Assembly: GCA_040389905.1 (NCBI GenBank)
Contig: JAZJZK010000049.1
Location: 1 to 57,964 of the forward strand
DNA: 57,964 nt
Source of the DNA: Gemmatimonadota bacterium
GTDB taxonomy: Bacteria; Gemmatimonadota; Gemmatimonadetes; Gemmatimonadales; Gemmatimonadaceae
Direction: 5' to 3'
Part shown: positions 9,833-20,657 of the stretch, piece after piece
How positions within the stretch are numbered: the stretch's first letter is position 1
Layout: every line of letters begins with the position of its first letter
Position numbers and translations under genes: made by a program
Notes under the pieces: generated by a model
Seen by the model: the letters and a program-made list of their open reading frames with translations, nothing else
The model's database searches: none
What the model was told of the DNA's origin: nothing

Positions 9833-11221
9833 GTGGCGACACCAGAACTACCCGAATCAGCGCCCCAGCCCGAAGTGGAATTGGCTCCATATGACCTGGA
9901 GCTGAAGGCGGCTGGACAGCTTACGAGCGCCACATGGGAGCTCGAGCTGTTCCTCTCCGGCGCGTTCGTCTTCTCGTCATTTCAGTTGCCGGGGCTCATC
10001 GAAGGAGCCTTCCGGCGGCTGGACCCGTTCCTGATCGATTCGGGCACGGCTGTGCTGAGCAACGCGACGCTTTACGGCAAGGCGATCGCGTTCACCTTGA
10101 TCCTGACGTTCAGCATTCACCTGGTCGCGCGCGCCCTCTGGGTTGCCCTGCTCGGGCTTCACTCCGTGTTCCCCAATGGGATTCGTTGGGAGGAGTTGAA
10201 GACCGGACCGATCACGCGCGAACTCTATATGCGGAAGGTCCCGAACCTGGGAACCGCAATCGCTCGGCTCGACAACTTTTGCAGCATCACATTTTCGACG
10301 GGTTTGCTCATCGTCGTCGTGTTCGTCTTCAGCGTGGTGATGATCGGGAGCGTCGCCGCGAGTGCATACCTGCTCGCGCGTTTGTTCACCGGCGGCCGCA
10401 AAATCGAGACGTTCTTCTTTATCCTCATTGGCGCAGTCGCCGCGTTACCGTTGCTTGCGACGGTCGCCGACAAGCGATTCGGGTCGCGACTTGCACCGGA
10501 TTCCCGCGGGTATCGCGTGCTCCGCGCCATGGTCCGCCTCGGATTCATGACGACGATGATCCGCGCGACGGGCCCCATGATGTGGACGCTCTCGACAAAT
10601 ATTGGCCGAAAACGTGCCGTAGCGTTCATCGTGACCGCAACGACAACGCTGATCATCCTCTCCTCCGTGGACCGGTTGATCCAGAGCGATCGTCTCTCGC
10701 TGAATAGCAACGATTTCTTTGCATCGTCCCGGAACCATGGAATCCGCTACCAGCACTACGAAAGCCAGCGCGATCCGGAGGAATTGTACCCCAAGACGCC
10801 CTCGATTCAGTCGGACATCATCAAGGACCCGTACGTCAAGCTGTTCATCCCGTACCAGCCGGCTCGCCACAACATCGCAATCGTGCGTGCCTGCCCCACG
10901 TTGAAGCCCCTTCAGGACCGCGGCATTCAGCTGGGTTCGGACCCGCTCCTCGAGGATTCGCTCGTGACCCCGGTACTGGAGTGCATGGCACGCATGCATG
11001 CGGTCACGCTCGATGGTATCGCGCTCTCCGCGCTGTCATTCGCGTTCTACGAGCACCCGGGATCCGGTATCAAGGGAATTCTCGCCTACATTCCCGTTGA
11101 CTCACTGCCTCGCGGGCGCCACGTGATTGGTGTCATTCCCGTGCCGCCACCGGTGCCACCAAAGGATTCGAGTGCGGCGGCCGCGTGGAAGCGCCCGACG
11201 TTGATCCCATTCTGGCGATGA
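9833..11221 (+). CDS. Hypothetical multi-pass membrane protein
   Basis: 462 aa ORF, several TM segments, soluble C-terminal domain; stop overlaps the sigma factor ATG. Confidence 0.8.
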   Translation: MATPELPESAPQPEVELAPYDLELKAAGQLTSATWELELFLSGAFVFSSFQLPGLIEGAFRRLDPFLIDSGTAVLSNATLYGKAIAFTLILTFSIHLVARALWVALLGLHSVFPNGIRWEELKTGPITRELYMRKVPNLGTAIARLDNFCSITFSTGLLIVVVFVFSVVMIGSVAASAYLLARLFTGGRKIETFFFILIGAVAALPLLATVADKRFGSRLAPDSRGYRVLRAMVRLGFMTTMIRATGPMMWTLSTNIGRKRAVAFIVTATTTLIILSSVDRLIQSDRLSLNSNDFFASSRNHGIRYQHYESQRDPEELYPKTPSIQSDIIKDPYVKLFIPYQPARHNIAIVRACPTLKPLQDRGIQLGSDPLLEDSLVTPVLECMARMHAVTLDGIALSALSFAFYEHPGSGIKGILAYIPVDSLPRGRHVIGVIPVPPPVPPKDSSAAAAWKRPTLIPFWR

Positions 11222-11790
11222 CGAACGCGGATCTCGATCTCCAACGCATTCGCGACGGCGATATCGACGCGTTCGAACGACTGTTCCGAACGCTCCATGC
11301 TCCGCTCTGCGAAGTCGTCGACAGCTATGTGCGCTCGCAGGCAGTGGCCGAAGACATCGTGCAGGACCTGTTCTTCGTGTTCTGGATGCGACGGCAGGTG
11401 GTTGTCGCAACGTCACTGCGCGCGTACCTGTTCACCGCCGCCCGTAATCGTGCACTGCATCATCTTCGTCACCAATCCTTCGTTTCACGTCTATCGCGCC
11501 TGATCGACGCGCGCCCGGAAATCGCAGGCGTTGCTCGCTCACGGACGTCGGCCGCGACACATGCCGAGTCGAACGAACAGCGTGAGGCAATTCGGCGCGC
11601 GGTGAATGCGCTGCCGCCACGCACGAGACTCGCGTTCGTCTTGCGATTCGAGCACGAGATGTCCAACGCCGAGGTGGCCGAGGCCATGGGCGTGACGGTC
11701 AAGGGCGTGGAGAAGTTGCTGTTCGTTGCCAACCGCAAGCTCCGTGACCAGCTGGGCCGGTTCGCCGATCACGCACAGACGCAAAGCTAG
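11218..11790 (+). CDS. ECF RNA polymerase sigma-70 factor (FecI-like)
   Basis: GDIDAFERLF, AEDIVQDLF, YLFTAARNRAL region 2; LPPRTRLAFVL...EVAEAMGV region 4. Confidence 0.92.
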   Translation: MTNADLDLQRIRDGDIDAFERLFRTLHAPLCEVVDSYVRSQAVAEDIVQDLFFVFWMRRQVVVATSLRAYLFTAARNRALHHLRHQSFVSRLSRLIDARPEIAGVARSRTSAATHAESNEQREAIRRAVNALPPRTRLAFVLRFEHEMSNAEVAEAMGVTVKGVEKLLFVANRKLRDQLGRFADHAQTQS

Positions 11791-11956
11791 AGCTAGAGCT
11801 CGAGTCGGAGCTACCAGCCCGAGCCTGAGCGGGAGCGGGAGCTTCCAGCAATGAGCAGATAAGAGCTCGAGCTCTGAGCTGGAGCTAGAGCTCAAGCTCT
11901 GGGCAGCTCATTGCTCGAGGCTCACGCTCCCGCTCGGGCTCACGCTGGTAGCTCAC
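11787..11956. repeat. GAGCT-rich palindromic repeat element (family B)
   Basis: GAGCTACCAGC...GCTGGTAGCTC inverted ends with internal GAGC(T/C/G) units; close homologue at 34485-34686. Confidence 0.85.
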
Positions 11957-12004
11957 ATGCACGGAGGTTGGTAGGGCTCCGCCCGCTTCGCGGGTCGTTG
12001 CGGC

Positions 12005-12862
12005 ATGAACGACCGCCCGCCTGACCGAGATCCGCGCCGAGAATGGCGCACCGACAGAGAATGGGACCGGCTACGGGCCCGCCTCACCGCGCCCGGATTC
12101 GAGGCTCCGCGCCCGCAGTGGCCCCGGCGCGCAGCGGTGTTGCTCCCCGCGGCAGCCGCCGTTCTGCTGGCGGTGCTCCTCGTGAGACGACATGAACCCC
12201 GGGCGGACACTCCGGTGCAGCGCGTCGTCGCCACCGCGGCGGGAGAACGAACAACGATTCGGCTCTCCGACAGCACCGTGGTCGCACTTGGCCCCGCCAC
12301 GACGATTCGCTATCGCATCACTGCGTCGCGGCGCGACGTCGAGCTCGAGGGGTTGGCGAACTTTCGTGTCGTGCACGACTCGGCGCGTCCCTTCGTTGTT
12401 CGGGCGCGTAACGCCGTCGCGACGGATATCGGGACAGAATTCTCGGTCAGGGCGTATGCGGTGGATTCTGCAGTCCATGTCTCGGTGCTGCACGGCGAGG
12501 TTGGCCTCGCGGGAAGCGGCTCATCGACAGGAGTCCGCCTCATTGCTGGAACTGCCGGCCACGTCGACGCGCTGGGTCGCGCGATACGCGATGAAGAACG
12601 AAGCGCGCTGGCTGGAACGGCCTGGGTCGACGGTCGCCTGTTGTTCGAAAACGAGATCCTCGCGAACGTCGCGATCGAGTTGAGTCGCTGGTTCGACGTC
12701 ACGGTCGATATTCCCGATCCATCACTGGCTCGGAAGCGCATTACGGCCGTCTATACGACGCCATCACTGACCGGGGTGCTCGAGGCCCTGTCTGCAACCG
12801 CGGATGCGCGATTCGAGCAGCGTGGTCGAACCATTACCTTGCGGCCGCGGAGCCGGAAATGA
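12005..12862 (+). CDS. FecR family anti-sigma/signal transducer
   Basis: Single TM; TAAGERTTIRLSDSTVVALG, LEGLANFRVVHD..PFVV, DIGTEFSV, AWVDGRLLF. Confidence 0.92.
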   Translation: MNDRPPDRDPRREWRTDREWDRLRARLTAPGFEAPRPQWPRRAAVLLPAAAAVLLAVLLVRRHEPRADTPVQRVVATAAGERTTIRLSDSTVVALGPATTIRYRITASRRDVELEGLANFRVVHDSARPFVVRARNAVATDIGTEFSVRAYAVDSAVHVSVLHGEVGLAGSGSSTGVRLIAGTAGHVDALGRAIRDEERSALAGTAWVDGRLLFENEILANVAIELSRWFDVTVDIPDPSLARKRITAVYTTPSLTGVLEALSATADARFEQRGRTITLRPRSRK

Positions 12863-15243
12863 GCAGGACACGCAGCCTCGCATTCATGTTCCTGCTCGCC
12901 ATCGTTCCCGCATCGGCGCACGCGCAGCAGGTGGACTCGGCGGCGTTCTCAGCGTTGCGCCCGGACGGAAACAACGTCAGCGCATTGCGCACGAACGTCT
13001 TCCTCGGTTTTGGGAATCAGCCGGCGCGCACCGTGTTCGTGACTATTGCCGGACTGGTTGGCCTGAACTTGACGTTCGACCCAGGACTCTCCGAGCTCGA
13101 CGCACGAGTCACCGTCAATCCTCACGATCGCAGCGCGGCGGTGGCGCTCCAGGAAATTGCCCGCCAGGTCTCGCTGCAGGTGCTCGTGTCACTGCGAGGC
13201 AATATCATCCTTCGACGCGCGGTTCCACAGTCGGTCGCTGACCGCGCACCGATCGCCGACACCGTGAACTGGGATCCACAACTGTTGCCGGGGATGGCCG
13301 TCCAGGCGACCCGGAGTGAACGACTCGAATTCGAGAGGGCGACGAACGCCAGTGCGATCGCGCTATCGGCGGCGGTTCTCCGCGCCGCACCAACGTTCAT
13401 CGAGCCTGACTTGCTCAAGTCGATCCAGATGATGCCCGGTATCGAGGCACGGAGCGACTGGTCGGCGGGCTTCAACGTCCGCGGGGGAGAAGCGGATCAA
13501 TCGCTGATCCTGATCGACGGATACCCGATCTACAACCCGTTTCACCTCGGCGGGGTATTCAGCACGTTCATCGATCCCATGGTCGGTAACGTCGAGCTGC
13601 ACACCGGAACGCTGCCTTCTCAGTATGGAGGTCGTCTCTCCGGCGTGCTCGATGTGGGCTCCGCACGACCGACGACCAGTGAGCGACACGGCACCATCGA
13701 GACCTCGCTCGTCTCCACGTCTGCCTCGATGGGGCGCACCTTCAGCGACGGCGATGGCGAGTGGATGATCGCCGCGCGCCGCACCTATGCGGACGCCTTC
13801 GTCGACCTGTTCAAGCCGAATGCCTTTCCCTACCACTTCCAGGATGTCCACGGACATCTCGCTCTGCGTGGCGAGAATGGCACTCGTCTCTCGGTGACTG
13901 GGTATGCGGGCGAGGATGTGGTGGCAGGTGGCACTGGGACCAACGGCAACCACGGCTTGTGGCGCAACAATATTATCGGCGCGACGGTATCGCGGCCCTT
14001 TACACCGGCTGCGGCAGGATCGGTGCTCGGGGATAGTACCGTCGGGGAGCAGCGACTGTCATACACGGGCTTTCAGGCGCGGCTCGCATTGCCGAACTAT
14101 CAGTCCCGTGCATTCAATACCGTCTCCGACGTTCGCGCGAATGGCACGGTCACGCGATACGCTGGAACCGCGACGACGACCGTGGGTTACGAAGTCGCCA
14201 ATCAGGCGCTCTCGTATCTTGCAGACACGCCACTCGAATCCTTTGGCGACTTTCTCCCGATCGATTCCCTCTCGAACGCGCCTCGGTCTGCGGCGCTGTA
14301 CGGCAATCATCGTTGGCGCCCAGCTACCTCACTGCTTCTGGACGTCGGCGGTCGATTCGAGTCGGCGGAGGGAATCACCGGCCTCGGTCTCTCACCTCGC
14401 GTCTCGCTCAAGTATTTCGTCACGAACAATCTTGCGTTGACCGCTGGTGCGGGCCGGTATACACAGTGGGTTCACTCGCTTGGCCGCGAGGAGGAACCGC
14501 TTCAACCCCTCCAATTCTGGGTGTCCAGCGCGCGAGGGTCGAAGGCCTCCGCAGTCCGCGATGCGGTGGTTGGTCTCGAGCGCTGGGTGACGCCGGGACG
14601 GCTACTCCACGTGAGCGCATTCTACAAGAAGTACGACGCACTGCTCGTTCCGAATTCGGTCAACGACCCTCGGGTGTTCGACGACGAGTTCCTTCCCGTG
14701 CGTGGGACATCGTATGGCCTGGACATTCTGCTCCGGCAGTTCGAGGGCGGGCCCTTCAGCGGCTGGATGGCGTACTCGTACGCGATGAATAACCGCGTCG
14801 ACGCGGCGGGACATCAGTACGCGCCGACGCAGGATCGGCGGCACAATCTCAATCTTGTGGGCAGCTGGCAACTCGACTCGTACACCTTTGGGGCACGGAT
14901 GAATCTTGCGAGCGGTTTTCCAAACACACCCGTACTCGGTGGATTCGCGCGTGACTTCTACGATCCGGCGACAGGCAAGTGGGTAATCGACCGGAACAAT
15001 GACCAGTACTTTACAGGCGCGAAGAACTCCGCACGCCTGCCATGGTACGAGCGAGTGGACGTCAGTCTCTCGCGACCGGGGCGCATATTCGGGTTTGCGA
15101 CGAGACCCTATCTGAGCGTCGTCAACATCTTCAACTCGCAGAATCCCGCGGGCTACGTCTATAGTGTCGACTCGCGCGTCAATCGCGGAAGCTTCCCGAA
15201 CCTTCCATTCGTTCCCACACTGGGAATCACCATTGCGTACTAA
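12859..15243 (+). CDS. TonB-dependent receptor with N-terminal STN-like extension
   Basis: Signal peptide; plug PGI...GFNVRGG...DGYPIYNPFHLGG, YGGRLSGVLD; C-terminal aromatic residue (ITIAY). Confidence 0.9.
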   Translation: MSRTRSLAFMFLLAIVPASAHAQQVDSAAFSALRPDGNNVSALRTNVFLGFGNQPARTVFVTIAGLVGLNLTFDPGLSELDARVTVNPHDRSAAVALQEIARQVSLQVLVSLRGNIILRRAVPQSVADRAPIADTVNWDPQLLPGMAVQATRSERLEFERATNASAIALSAAVLRAAPTFIEPDLLKSIQMMPGIEARSDWSAGFNVRGGEADQSLILIDGYPIYNPFHLGGVFSTFIDPMVGNVELHTGTLPSQYGGRLSGVLDVGSARPTTSERHGTIETSLVSTSASMGRTFSDGDGEWMIAARRTYADAFVDLFKPNAFPYHFQDVHGHLALRGENGTRLSVTGYAGEDVVAGGTGTNGNHGLWRNNIIGATVSRPFTPAAAGSVLGDSTVGEQRLSYTGFQARLALPNYQSRAFNTVSDVRANGTVTRYAGTATTTVGYEVANQALSYLADTPLESFGDFLPIDSLSNAPRSAALYGNHRWRPATSLLLDVGGRFESAEGITGLGLSPRVSLKYFVTNNLALTAGAGRYTQWVHSLGREEEPLQPLQFWVSSARGSKASAVRDAVVGLERWVTPGRLLHVSAFYKKYDALLVPNSVNDPRVFDDEFLPVRGTSYGLDILLRQFEGGPFSGWMAYSYAMNNRVDAAGHQYAPTQDRRHNLNLVGSWQLDSYTFGARMNLASGFPNTPVLGGFARDFYDPATGKWVIDRNNDQYFTGAKNSARLPWYERVDVSLSRPGRIFGFATRPYLSVVNIFNSQNPAGYVYSVDSRVNRGSFPNLPFVPTLGITIAY

Positions 15244-16018
15244 CCACCTCGCCCTCGTGGCCCTCGCGGTGTCTGCCTTCGCGAATGCGTGCGTAGAGCA
15301 GACGACCATGTTACCGACCGCTAGCGAGTTCATCGTGCACGCGGTGCTCGACGGGAATCTTCGCGACCAATATGTGATCGTACAGCGCACCAATGGGATC
15401 ATTTCCGCGCAAGCGCCAGTCACCGGTGCGCAGGTCACGATCACGGCGCCCGATGGGCGCGAACTCATCGCCGACGAAGTTCGTGATAGCGCCGCGATAT
15501 TTGCTGCGCGAAGCTATCAGCCGCGCGTCACGACCGTCTACCGCATTTCGCTCGACAAGTATGGTGTCGCGCTCGTGCCGGGTGGTACCTATCGCCTCCG
15601 CGTCAGGATTCCCGCGGACAAGGCGGAGATCATGGGGTCGACAGTGATGCCCGCAATTCTGCCGGCACCGCCCAACAGCCCGGTCCCGGTGGTCTTCACG
15701 CGCTCGCGCGACACGTTGTCGTTGAGCTGGAAAGAAGTGGCGCACGCGCAGGGCTACGTCGTGACGTTCTCCTCGCCCGCCGAAACGGAGGTTGTCTTTG
15801 CCGACTCCTCGCTGACGCTGGCGGGAACGGCCAGAGTGTTTCGCATCGGCATGAATTCGGTGGTGGTGAGCGCCGTTGACGTGAACTACTACGACTACTT
15901 TCGCCGATCGAGCGATGTGTTCAGCGGATCGGGGCTCATCAATCACCTCGAAGGAGGTACGGGAGTCTTTGGCTCGATCTCGCGCCTGAGCACGATGACT
16001 CTCGACGTGCGGCAGTAG
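15233..16018 (+). CDS. DUF4249-like lipoprotein
   Basis: TTG start overlapping the TBDR end; lipobox-like ANAC; C-terminal NHLEGGTGVFGS typical of TBDR-associated DUF4249. Confidence 0.75.
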   Translation: MRTNHLALVALAVSAFANACVEQTTMLPTASEFIVHAVLDGNLRDQYVIVQRTNGIISAQAPVTGAQVTITAPDGRELIADEVRDSAAIFAARSYQPRVTTVYRISLDKYGVALVPGGTYRLRVRIPADKAEIMGSTVMPAILPAPPNSPVPVVFTRSRDTLSLSWKEVAHAQGYVVTFSSPAETEVVFADSSLTLAGTARVFRIGMNSVVVSAVDVNYYDYFRRSSDVFSGSGLINHLEGGTGVFGSISRLSTMTLDVRQ

Positions 16019-16043
16019 ATAAGGGTGCAGCCCTTCGCTGCCC

Positions 16044-17402
16044 CTAGTAGCCCGGCGGTCTCGAGAAGCCGCCGGTCACCTGCGAAATCGCCCGCACGAT
16101 CGCGAGCAACCGCGCATCCTCCCACCGCTTCGCGACCAACTGCACGCCGATCGGCAGGCCGTCTCCATCGAGCGACACCGGGATGACTGCCGAGGGATGG
16201 CCCGTGTAGTTGAACCATGTCGCCGCGGCGTGCGCCATCCAATACGACTCGTCCTTGCCATCCACGTCGATGGACGCGCCCTGTTCGCAATGCGGGAACG
16301 CGGTGACCATCGCGGGTGGGCAAATGAGTACGTCCCAGTCATCGAAGAACGCGTCCCAAGCGATGATGTGGCCATCACGCACATGGAGCGCTTGCAAATA
16401 CGCCGCGAGCGAAGGGGCCGTCTGTCCCGGTTGAAAGGCGCCCAATGCGAGCTGCGCCGGCTCGAACAACGCCGCGCCATCGATGGACGGCAGCGCTACC
16501 TCGTCGACGGCGGCACACTGCGGGGCGAGGAGCCGTGCCAGCTCGACGATCACCGCGCGGATCGCGTCCGACACGGGAAAGGTCGACAGCGACGGCGCAA
16601 TGGCGATGCGCAGCGGTTCGAGGTCCATCGGTGGGTGTGTCGTCACGGGAACCGGCGGAACGTCCGTATCTCGGCCATCCGGCCCCGCGATGATGCCATA
16701 CAGCAACGCGAGGTCGTCCACACTCCGCGCGATGGGGCCGATGCACGACATCAGGCGAATCGGTCGCGGAGCATCCGGTGGGCCCGCAACGATTCCGTCG
16801 AGCGACACGCGATGCTCCGTTGGTTTCAATCCGTACACACCGCAATAGTGCGCAGGCACGCGGAGGGAGCCGGCGAGATCCGTTCCCATTTCGAACGGTG
16901 TCATCCCTGCGGCAACGGCGGCGGCAGCTCCGCCGCTCGATCCGCCAGCAGTTCGGCCGAGGTGCCACGGATTGTTGGTGCGACCGAAGAGCGGATTGTT
17001 CGTCTGGTAGTCGCCCAGCAGCATGGCGACGTTCGTCTTCCCGAAAAGAATGCCGCCGGCCTCCTTGAGGCGCGCGGCGACGGTGCCATCAGACGACGGG
17101 ACGTAACCGGCCAGTGGCGGGAAACCGCACGTCGTTCGCATTCCCGATGTCGCGTGACAGTCCTTCAGCGTGAAGGGAACGCCGTGAAGTGGTCCACAAA
17201 CGTGACCACTCGCGCGCATTGCGTCGGCGTTCCGCGCCTGATCTCGCGCGCGCTCGACATCGGTGATCACCACGGCATTGAGCTCAGGATTTCGCGCATC
17301 GAGTTGAGCGAGGTGCGCATCCAGCAGCTCGACGGCGGAAATGCGGCGGGCCCGTATCGCAGCCGCCTGCTCGATCGCGGACGCAAAGACGATGTCACTC
17401 AT
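16044..17402 (-). CDS. Amidase signature family protein
   Basis: [34 protein letters not shown]. Confidence 0.93.
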   Translation of the reverse strand: MSDIVFASAIEQAAAIRARRISAVELLDAHLAQLDARNPELNAVVITDVERARDQARNADAMRASGHVCGPLHGVPFTLKDCHATSGMRTTCGFPPLAGYVPSSDGTVAARLKEAGGILFGKTNVAMLLGDYQTNNPLFGRTNNPWHLGRTAGGSSGGAAAAVAAGMTPFEMGTDLAGSLRVPAHYCGVYGLKPTEHRVSLDGIVAGPPDAPRPIRLMSCIGPIARSVDDLALLYGIIAGPDGRDTDVPPVPVTTHPPMDLEPLRIAIAPSLSTFPVSDAIRAVIVELARLLAPQCAAVDEVALPSIDGAALFEPAQLALGAFQPGQTAPSLAAYLQALHVRDGHIIAWDAFFDDWDVLICPPAMVTAFPHCEQGASIDVDGKDESYWMAHAAATWFNYTGHPSAVIPVSLDGDGLPIGVQLVAKRWEDARLLAIVRAISQVTGGFSRPPGY

Positions 17403-17456
17403 TCGTGGTGTGTTGTACAATGGAGTCTACGCTTACCAGCCGCCCATAGGCATGCC

Positions 17457-18413
17457 ATGAAGATCAAGGCAACCATCGAGCGCATACCCGGCGGCATGAT
17501 GATCGTGCCGCTTGCTGCCGGGTGCCTGCTTGCGAATCTCGCACCAGCTGCGCCCAAAACGCTCGGTTCCTTCACCGGCGCGCTGTTCACCGGCGCACTC
17601 CCGATGCTCGCCGTATTCTACGTCTGCATGGGCTCCACGATCACGCTGGCGGCAACACCGGCAATCGCGCGAAAGGGTGGCGCACTGCTGGCCGCGAAAG
17701 TCTTGTGCGGCATAGGCGCGGGTATGCTGCTTGGCCGCGTGCTCGGTGAGCAACCGGTGGAAAGCGGCTTCTTTGCGGGATTGTCCACTCTTGCGGTCGT
17801 GGCGTCGATTAACGACACCAACGGCGGACTCTACATGGCATTGATGGGCCAGTACGGTAGGGCGCGGGACGTCGGTGCCTATTCCGTGATGTCGCTCGAA
17901 AGCGGGCCATTCCTGACGATGTTGACCCTCGGCGTCGCAGGACTCTCCGCCTTTCCATGGCCGACGCTCCTTGGCGCCATTCTTCCGCTCATGGTGGGCA
18001 TGCTGCTTGGAAACGTCGACTCGGAGCTCAGAGAGTTTCTCGGTCGCGCCGTGCCGGTGATGGTACCCTTCTTTGCCTTCGCGCTCGGTGCTGGAATCGA
18101 CCTCGCGAGCGTCTGGCGCAGCGGCGTCCTCGGCATCGTGCTCGGCGTGGGTGTGGTCGTCGTCTCCGGGGCGTTCCTCTTCGTTGCCGATCGGCTCTCG
18201 GGCGGGAACGGAGTCGCGGGGCTCTCCGCGGCGACGACGGCCGGTAACGCAGCGGCGGTTCCCGCACTGGTCGCCGCCGCGAACCCTGCCTACGCCAACG
18301 CCGCGAAGCACGCGACCGTGCTCGTATCGGCAAGCGTCGTCGTTACGGCACTCACCGTTCCCTTCCTCGTCGCCTGGTGGGCAGCGCGACACCCGATCCC
18401 CACTGAGTCATGA
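17457..18413 (+). CDS. kdgT: 2-keto-3-deoxygluconate permease family transporter
   Basis: [47 protein letters not shown]. Confidence 0.92.
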   Translation: MKIKATIERIPGGMMIVPLAAGCLLANLAPAAPKTLGSFTGALFTGALPMLAVFYVCMGSTITLAATPAIARKGGALLAAKVLCGIGAGMLLGRVLGEQPVESGFFAGLSTLAVVASINDTNGGLYMALMGQYGRARDVGAYSVMSLESGPFLTMLTLGVAGLSAFPWPTLLGAILPLMVGMLLGNVDSELREFLGRAVPVMVPFFAFALGAGIDLASVWRSGVLGIVLGVGVVVVSGAFLFVADRLSGGNGVAGLSAATTAGNAAAVPALVAAANPAYANAAKHATVLVSASVVVTALTVPFLVAWWAARHPIPTES

Positions 18414-19429
18414 CATCGACCGACGTCCGACCACGCATCGCGATCACGATGGGGGACCCTGCCGGCATCGGGCCGGAGCTCTGCCTTCGGTTGCTCGACG
18501 ACGCGCGCGTGGCAGCGGCATGCATTCCCATCGTGTTCGGCAACGTCAGCGTCCTCCGCCGCGTTTCGGGCGCATTGGACCTTCCGTTTGACGCAACGGT
18601 GGTAGCAGAGCGCGATTGGCCGGAGCGACACCGATCGCTCGCGGCTGCCGCGGTTCGCGATCTTGACGTCATCGATGGTGCTCTCATCACGCCAGGTCGC
18701 GTGGATTCGCGTTGCGGCGACGCCGCGTTTCGTTACGTCGTTGCGAGTATCGAGGCGGGGCTTGCACGTGAGGTCGATGGCATCTCCACGGGCCCACTCA
18801 ACAAGGAGGCGATGCACGCCGCAGGTCACAAGTACCCCGGTCACACCGAAATCTTCGCCGAATACATGAAGGCGAGTCGGTCGTGCATGATGCTGACGTC
18901 GCCCGAGTTGACGTGCAGTTTCGTCACCGTCCACGTCGGATACGCACAGGTGCCGGCGCTCCTCAGTATCGATCGCATACTCGACGTAATCGAACTGACG
19001 TGCGATGCGATGCTTCGCATGAGAGGACGAGCGCCGAAGCTCGTGGTTTGCGGCCTGAATCCGCATGCCGGTGAGAATGGGCTATTCGGCGATCGCGAGG
19101 AGGAACGGTTCATACTCCCAGCGGTCCTCGCCGCACGGGAGCGCGGAATCGATATCGAGGGTCCCCTTCCCCCCGACACCGCTTTCCTCGCGCGGCGACG
19201 CGCAAAGACGGACGCCTTCATCTGCATGAATCACGATCAGGGACACATTCCGCTGAAGGCGTTGGCGTTCGACTCCGCGATCAATACGACGCTCGGCTTG
19301 CCCGTCATTCGCACGAGCGTGGATCACGGAACGGCCTTCGACATCGCGTGGAAGGGTGTTGCGAGCGCGAACAGTTTGATCGAGTCCGTGCTACTCGCGG
19401 CGCGTCTTGCGTCCGACGGGAAAGGATGA
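18410..19429 (+). CDS. pdxA: PdxA family dehydrogenase (likely D-threonate/erythronate-4-phosphate dehydrogenase, PdxA2-type)
   Basis: [41 protein letters not shown]. Confidence 0.93.
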   Translation: MTSTDVRPRIAITMGDPAGIGPELCLRLLDDARVAAACIPIVFGNVSVLRRVSGALDLPFDATVVAERDWPERHRSLAAAAVRDLDVIDGALITPGRVDSRCGDAAFRYVVASIEAGLAREVDGISTGPLNKEAMHAAGHKYPGHTEIFAEYMKASRSCMMLTSPELTCSFVTVHVGYAQVPALLSIDRILDVIELTCDAMLRMRGRAPKLVVCGLNPHAGENGLFGDREEERFILPAVLAARERGIDIEGPLPPDTAFLARRRAKTDAFICMNHDQGHIPLKALAFDSAINTTLGLPVIRTSVDHGTAFDIAWKGVASANSLIESVLLAARLASDGKG

Positions 19430-20541
19430 TCGTCGTCATCGCAGATGACTTTTCCGGCGCCGCCGAGTTGGCGAATGTGGCGCTCGGCGCAGGGCTGTCG
19501 GCGGACGTTCAACGACGCTTCGATGCCCGGTCTCACGCGGACGTTGTTTGCGTGACGACCGAGACGCGTTCACTTTCAGTGGCGCACGCGACGATGATTG
19601 TGGATGACGTCGCGCGCCAGGTGTTAGCGGCGCGACCAGCTCTCGTCTACAAGAAATGTGACTCGCTCCTTCGCGGACACGTCGCCGCGGAAGCCCGCGT
19701 CGTTGCCAGCGTGTTCGGTCGTGAACGTATCGTCATTGCAGCAGCCAACCCGAGCCGCGGTCGTACGGTGCAGTCGGGGACGTACTTCATTGGCGCGACG
19801 CCCTTAGCGGCTTCTGCGCTCGCCAGCGATCCCGAACATCCGCGCTTGAGCTCCTCGGTTGCGGAACTCATTGGCGATCTTGCCGGCGTGGAGACGCCAG
19901 ATGTTGCGTCGCCCGACGACGTGCTGCGACTCGCGCGTTCTGTCACACCCTGCACGCTCGCCGTGGGCGCCGCCGACTTCTTCAGCGCACTGCTTTCGTT
20001 GGAGCCCGCTCTACGGCGCGCGCTTCCCGCCGTTGCGTCGCGTTCGCGTGCCGGAGCGACGCTATTCGTTTGTGGCAGCCTGGCCGCGTGGCTCGAGCGC
20101 GGGAGCGAACCGTATACGCATCGCGGGATCGCGACGGTGCCAATGCCGCGCGCACTCCACGACGCGGATGGTTCCGTCCCGGCGCTCGACGAGTGGGTCG
20201 ACCAGGTGCTCGCGGAACTACGAGAGAAGCGCGCGATTTGTCTCGCGGTGAGCCGGTATGAGCCGAAAGGCGACGCGTCATCGTCGCTGCTCACGGACCG
20301 CCTCGCAGCCACGGTCGCGCTGGTGCTCGCGCGCGCTCCAGTGGACTGTATTTGCATCGAGGGCGGAGCGACAGCGACGGCGATCGCAGCTCGGCTTGGG
20401 CTCGAGTCCTTTCACGCCGAGCGCTTTCCAGGCGCGGGCGTCGGTGCACTTCGGCCCGTTGGTGCAGAGGGTCCGCAGCTCCTGGTGAAACCGGGCAGCT
20501 ATCCGTGGCCTGACGCGGTGTGGGAGTTCGCGACGGCGTGA
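19426..20541 (+). CDS. Four-carbon acid sugar kinase (DUF1537, DtnK/DenK-like)
   Basis: IADDFSGA, YKKCDSLLRG, EGGATA, VKPGS; ATGA overlap with pdxA. Confidence 0.88.
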   Translation: MIVVIADDFSGAAELANVALGAGLSADVQRRFDARSHADVVCVTTETRSLSVAHATMIVDDVARQVLAARPALVYKKCDSLLRGHVAAEARVVASVFGRERIVIAAANPSRGRTVQSGTYFIGATPLAASALASDPEHPRLSSSVAELIGDLAGVETPDVASPDDVLRLARSVTPCTLAVGAADFFSALLSLEPALRRALPAVASRSRAGATLFVCGSLAAWLERGSEPYTHRGIATVPMPRALHDADGSVPALDEWVDQVLAELREKRAICLAVSRYEPKGDASSSLLTDRLAATVALVLARAPVDCICIEGGATATAIAARLGLESFHAERFPGAGVGALRPVGAEGPQLLVKPGSYPWPDAVWEFATA

Positions 20542-20657
20542 GGTGCGGGTCTCCACGCAGGCTGTCACGCGGTGCGGCAACGAGTGACTCGCACACCGGC
20601 GGATCTTGACCGCGACGAGCGTACCATTTTTCAACGACTCCGACCCCAACTACCCAA

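Noticed and set aside
11539..11895. Small Ser/Leu-rich ORFs over the GAGCT repeats (also 34424-34615)
   Set aside because: These are translations of the repeat element with no independent coding evidence.
16197..17456. Apparent 738-aa N-terminally extended KdgT
   Set aside because: The extension is antisense to the amidase; the real KdgT begins at ATG 17457.
20635..20657. GACTCCGACCCC motif resembling another REP class
   Set aside because: There is a single intergenic half-site with no inverted partner; the other occurrence (about 30034) is inside a CDS.
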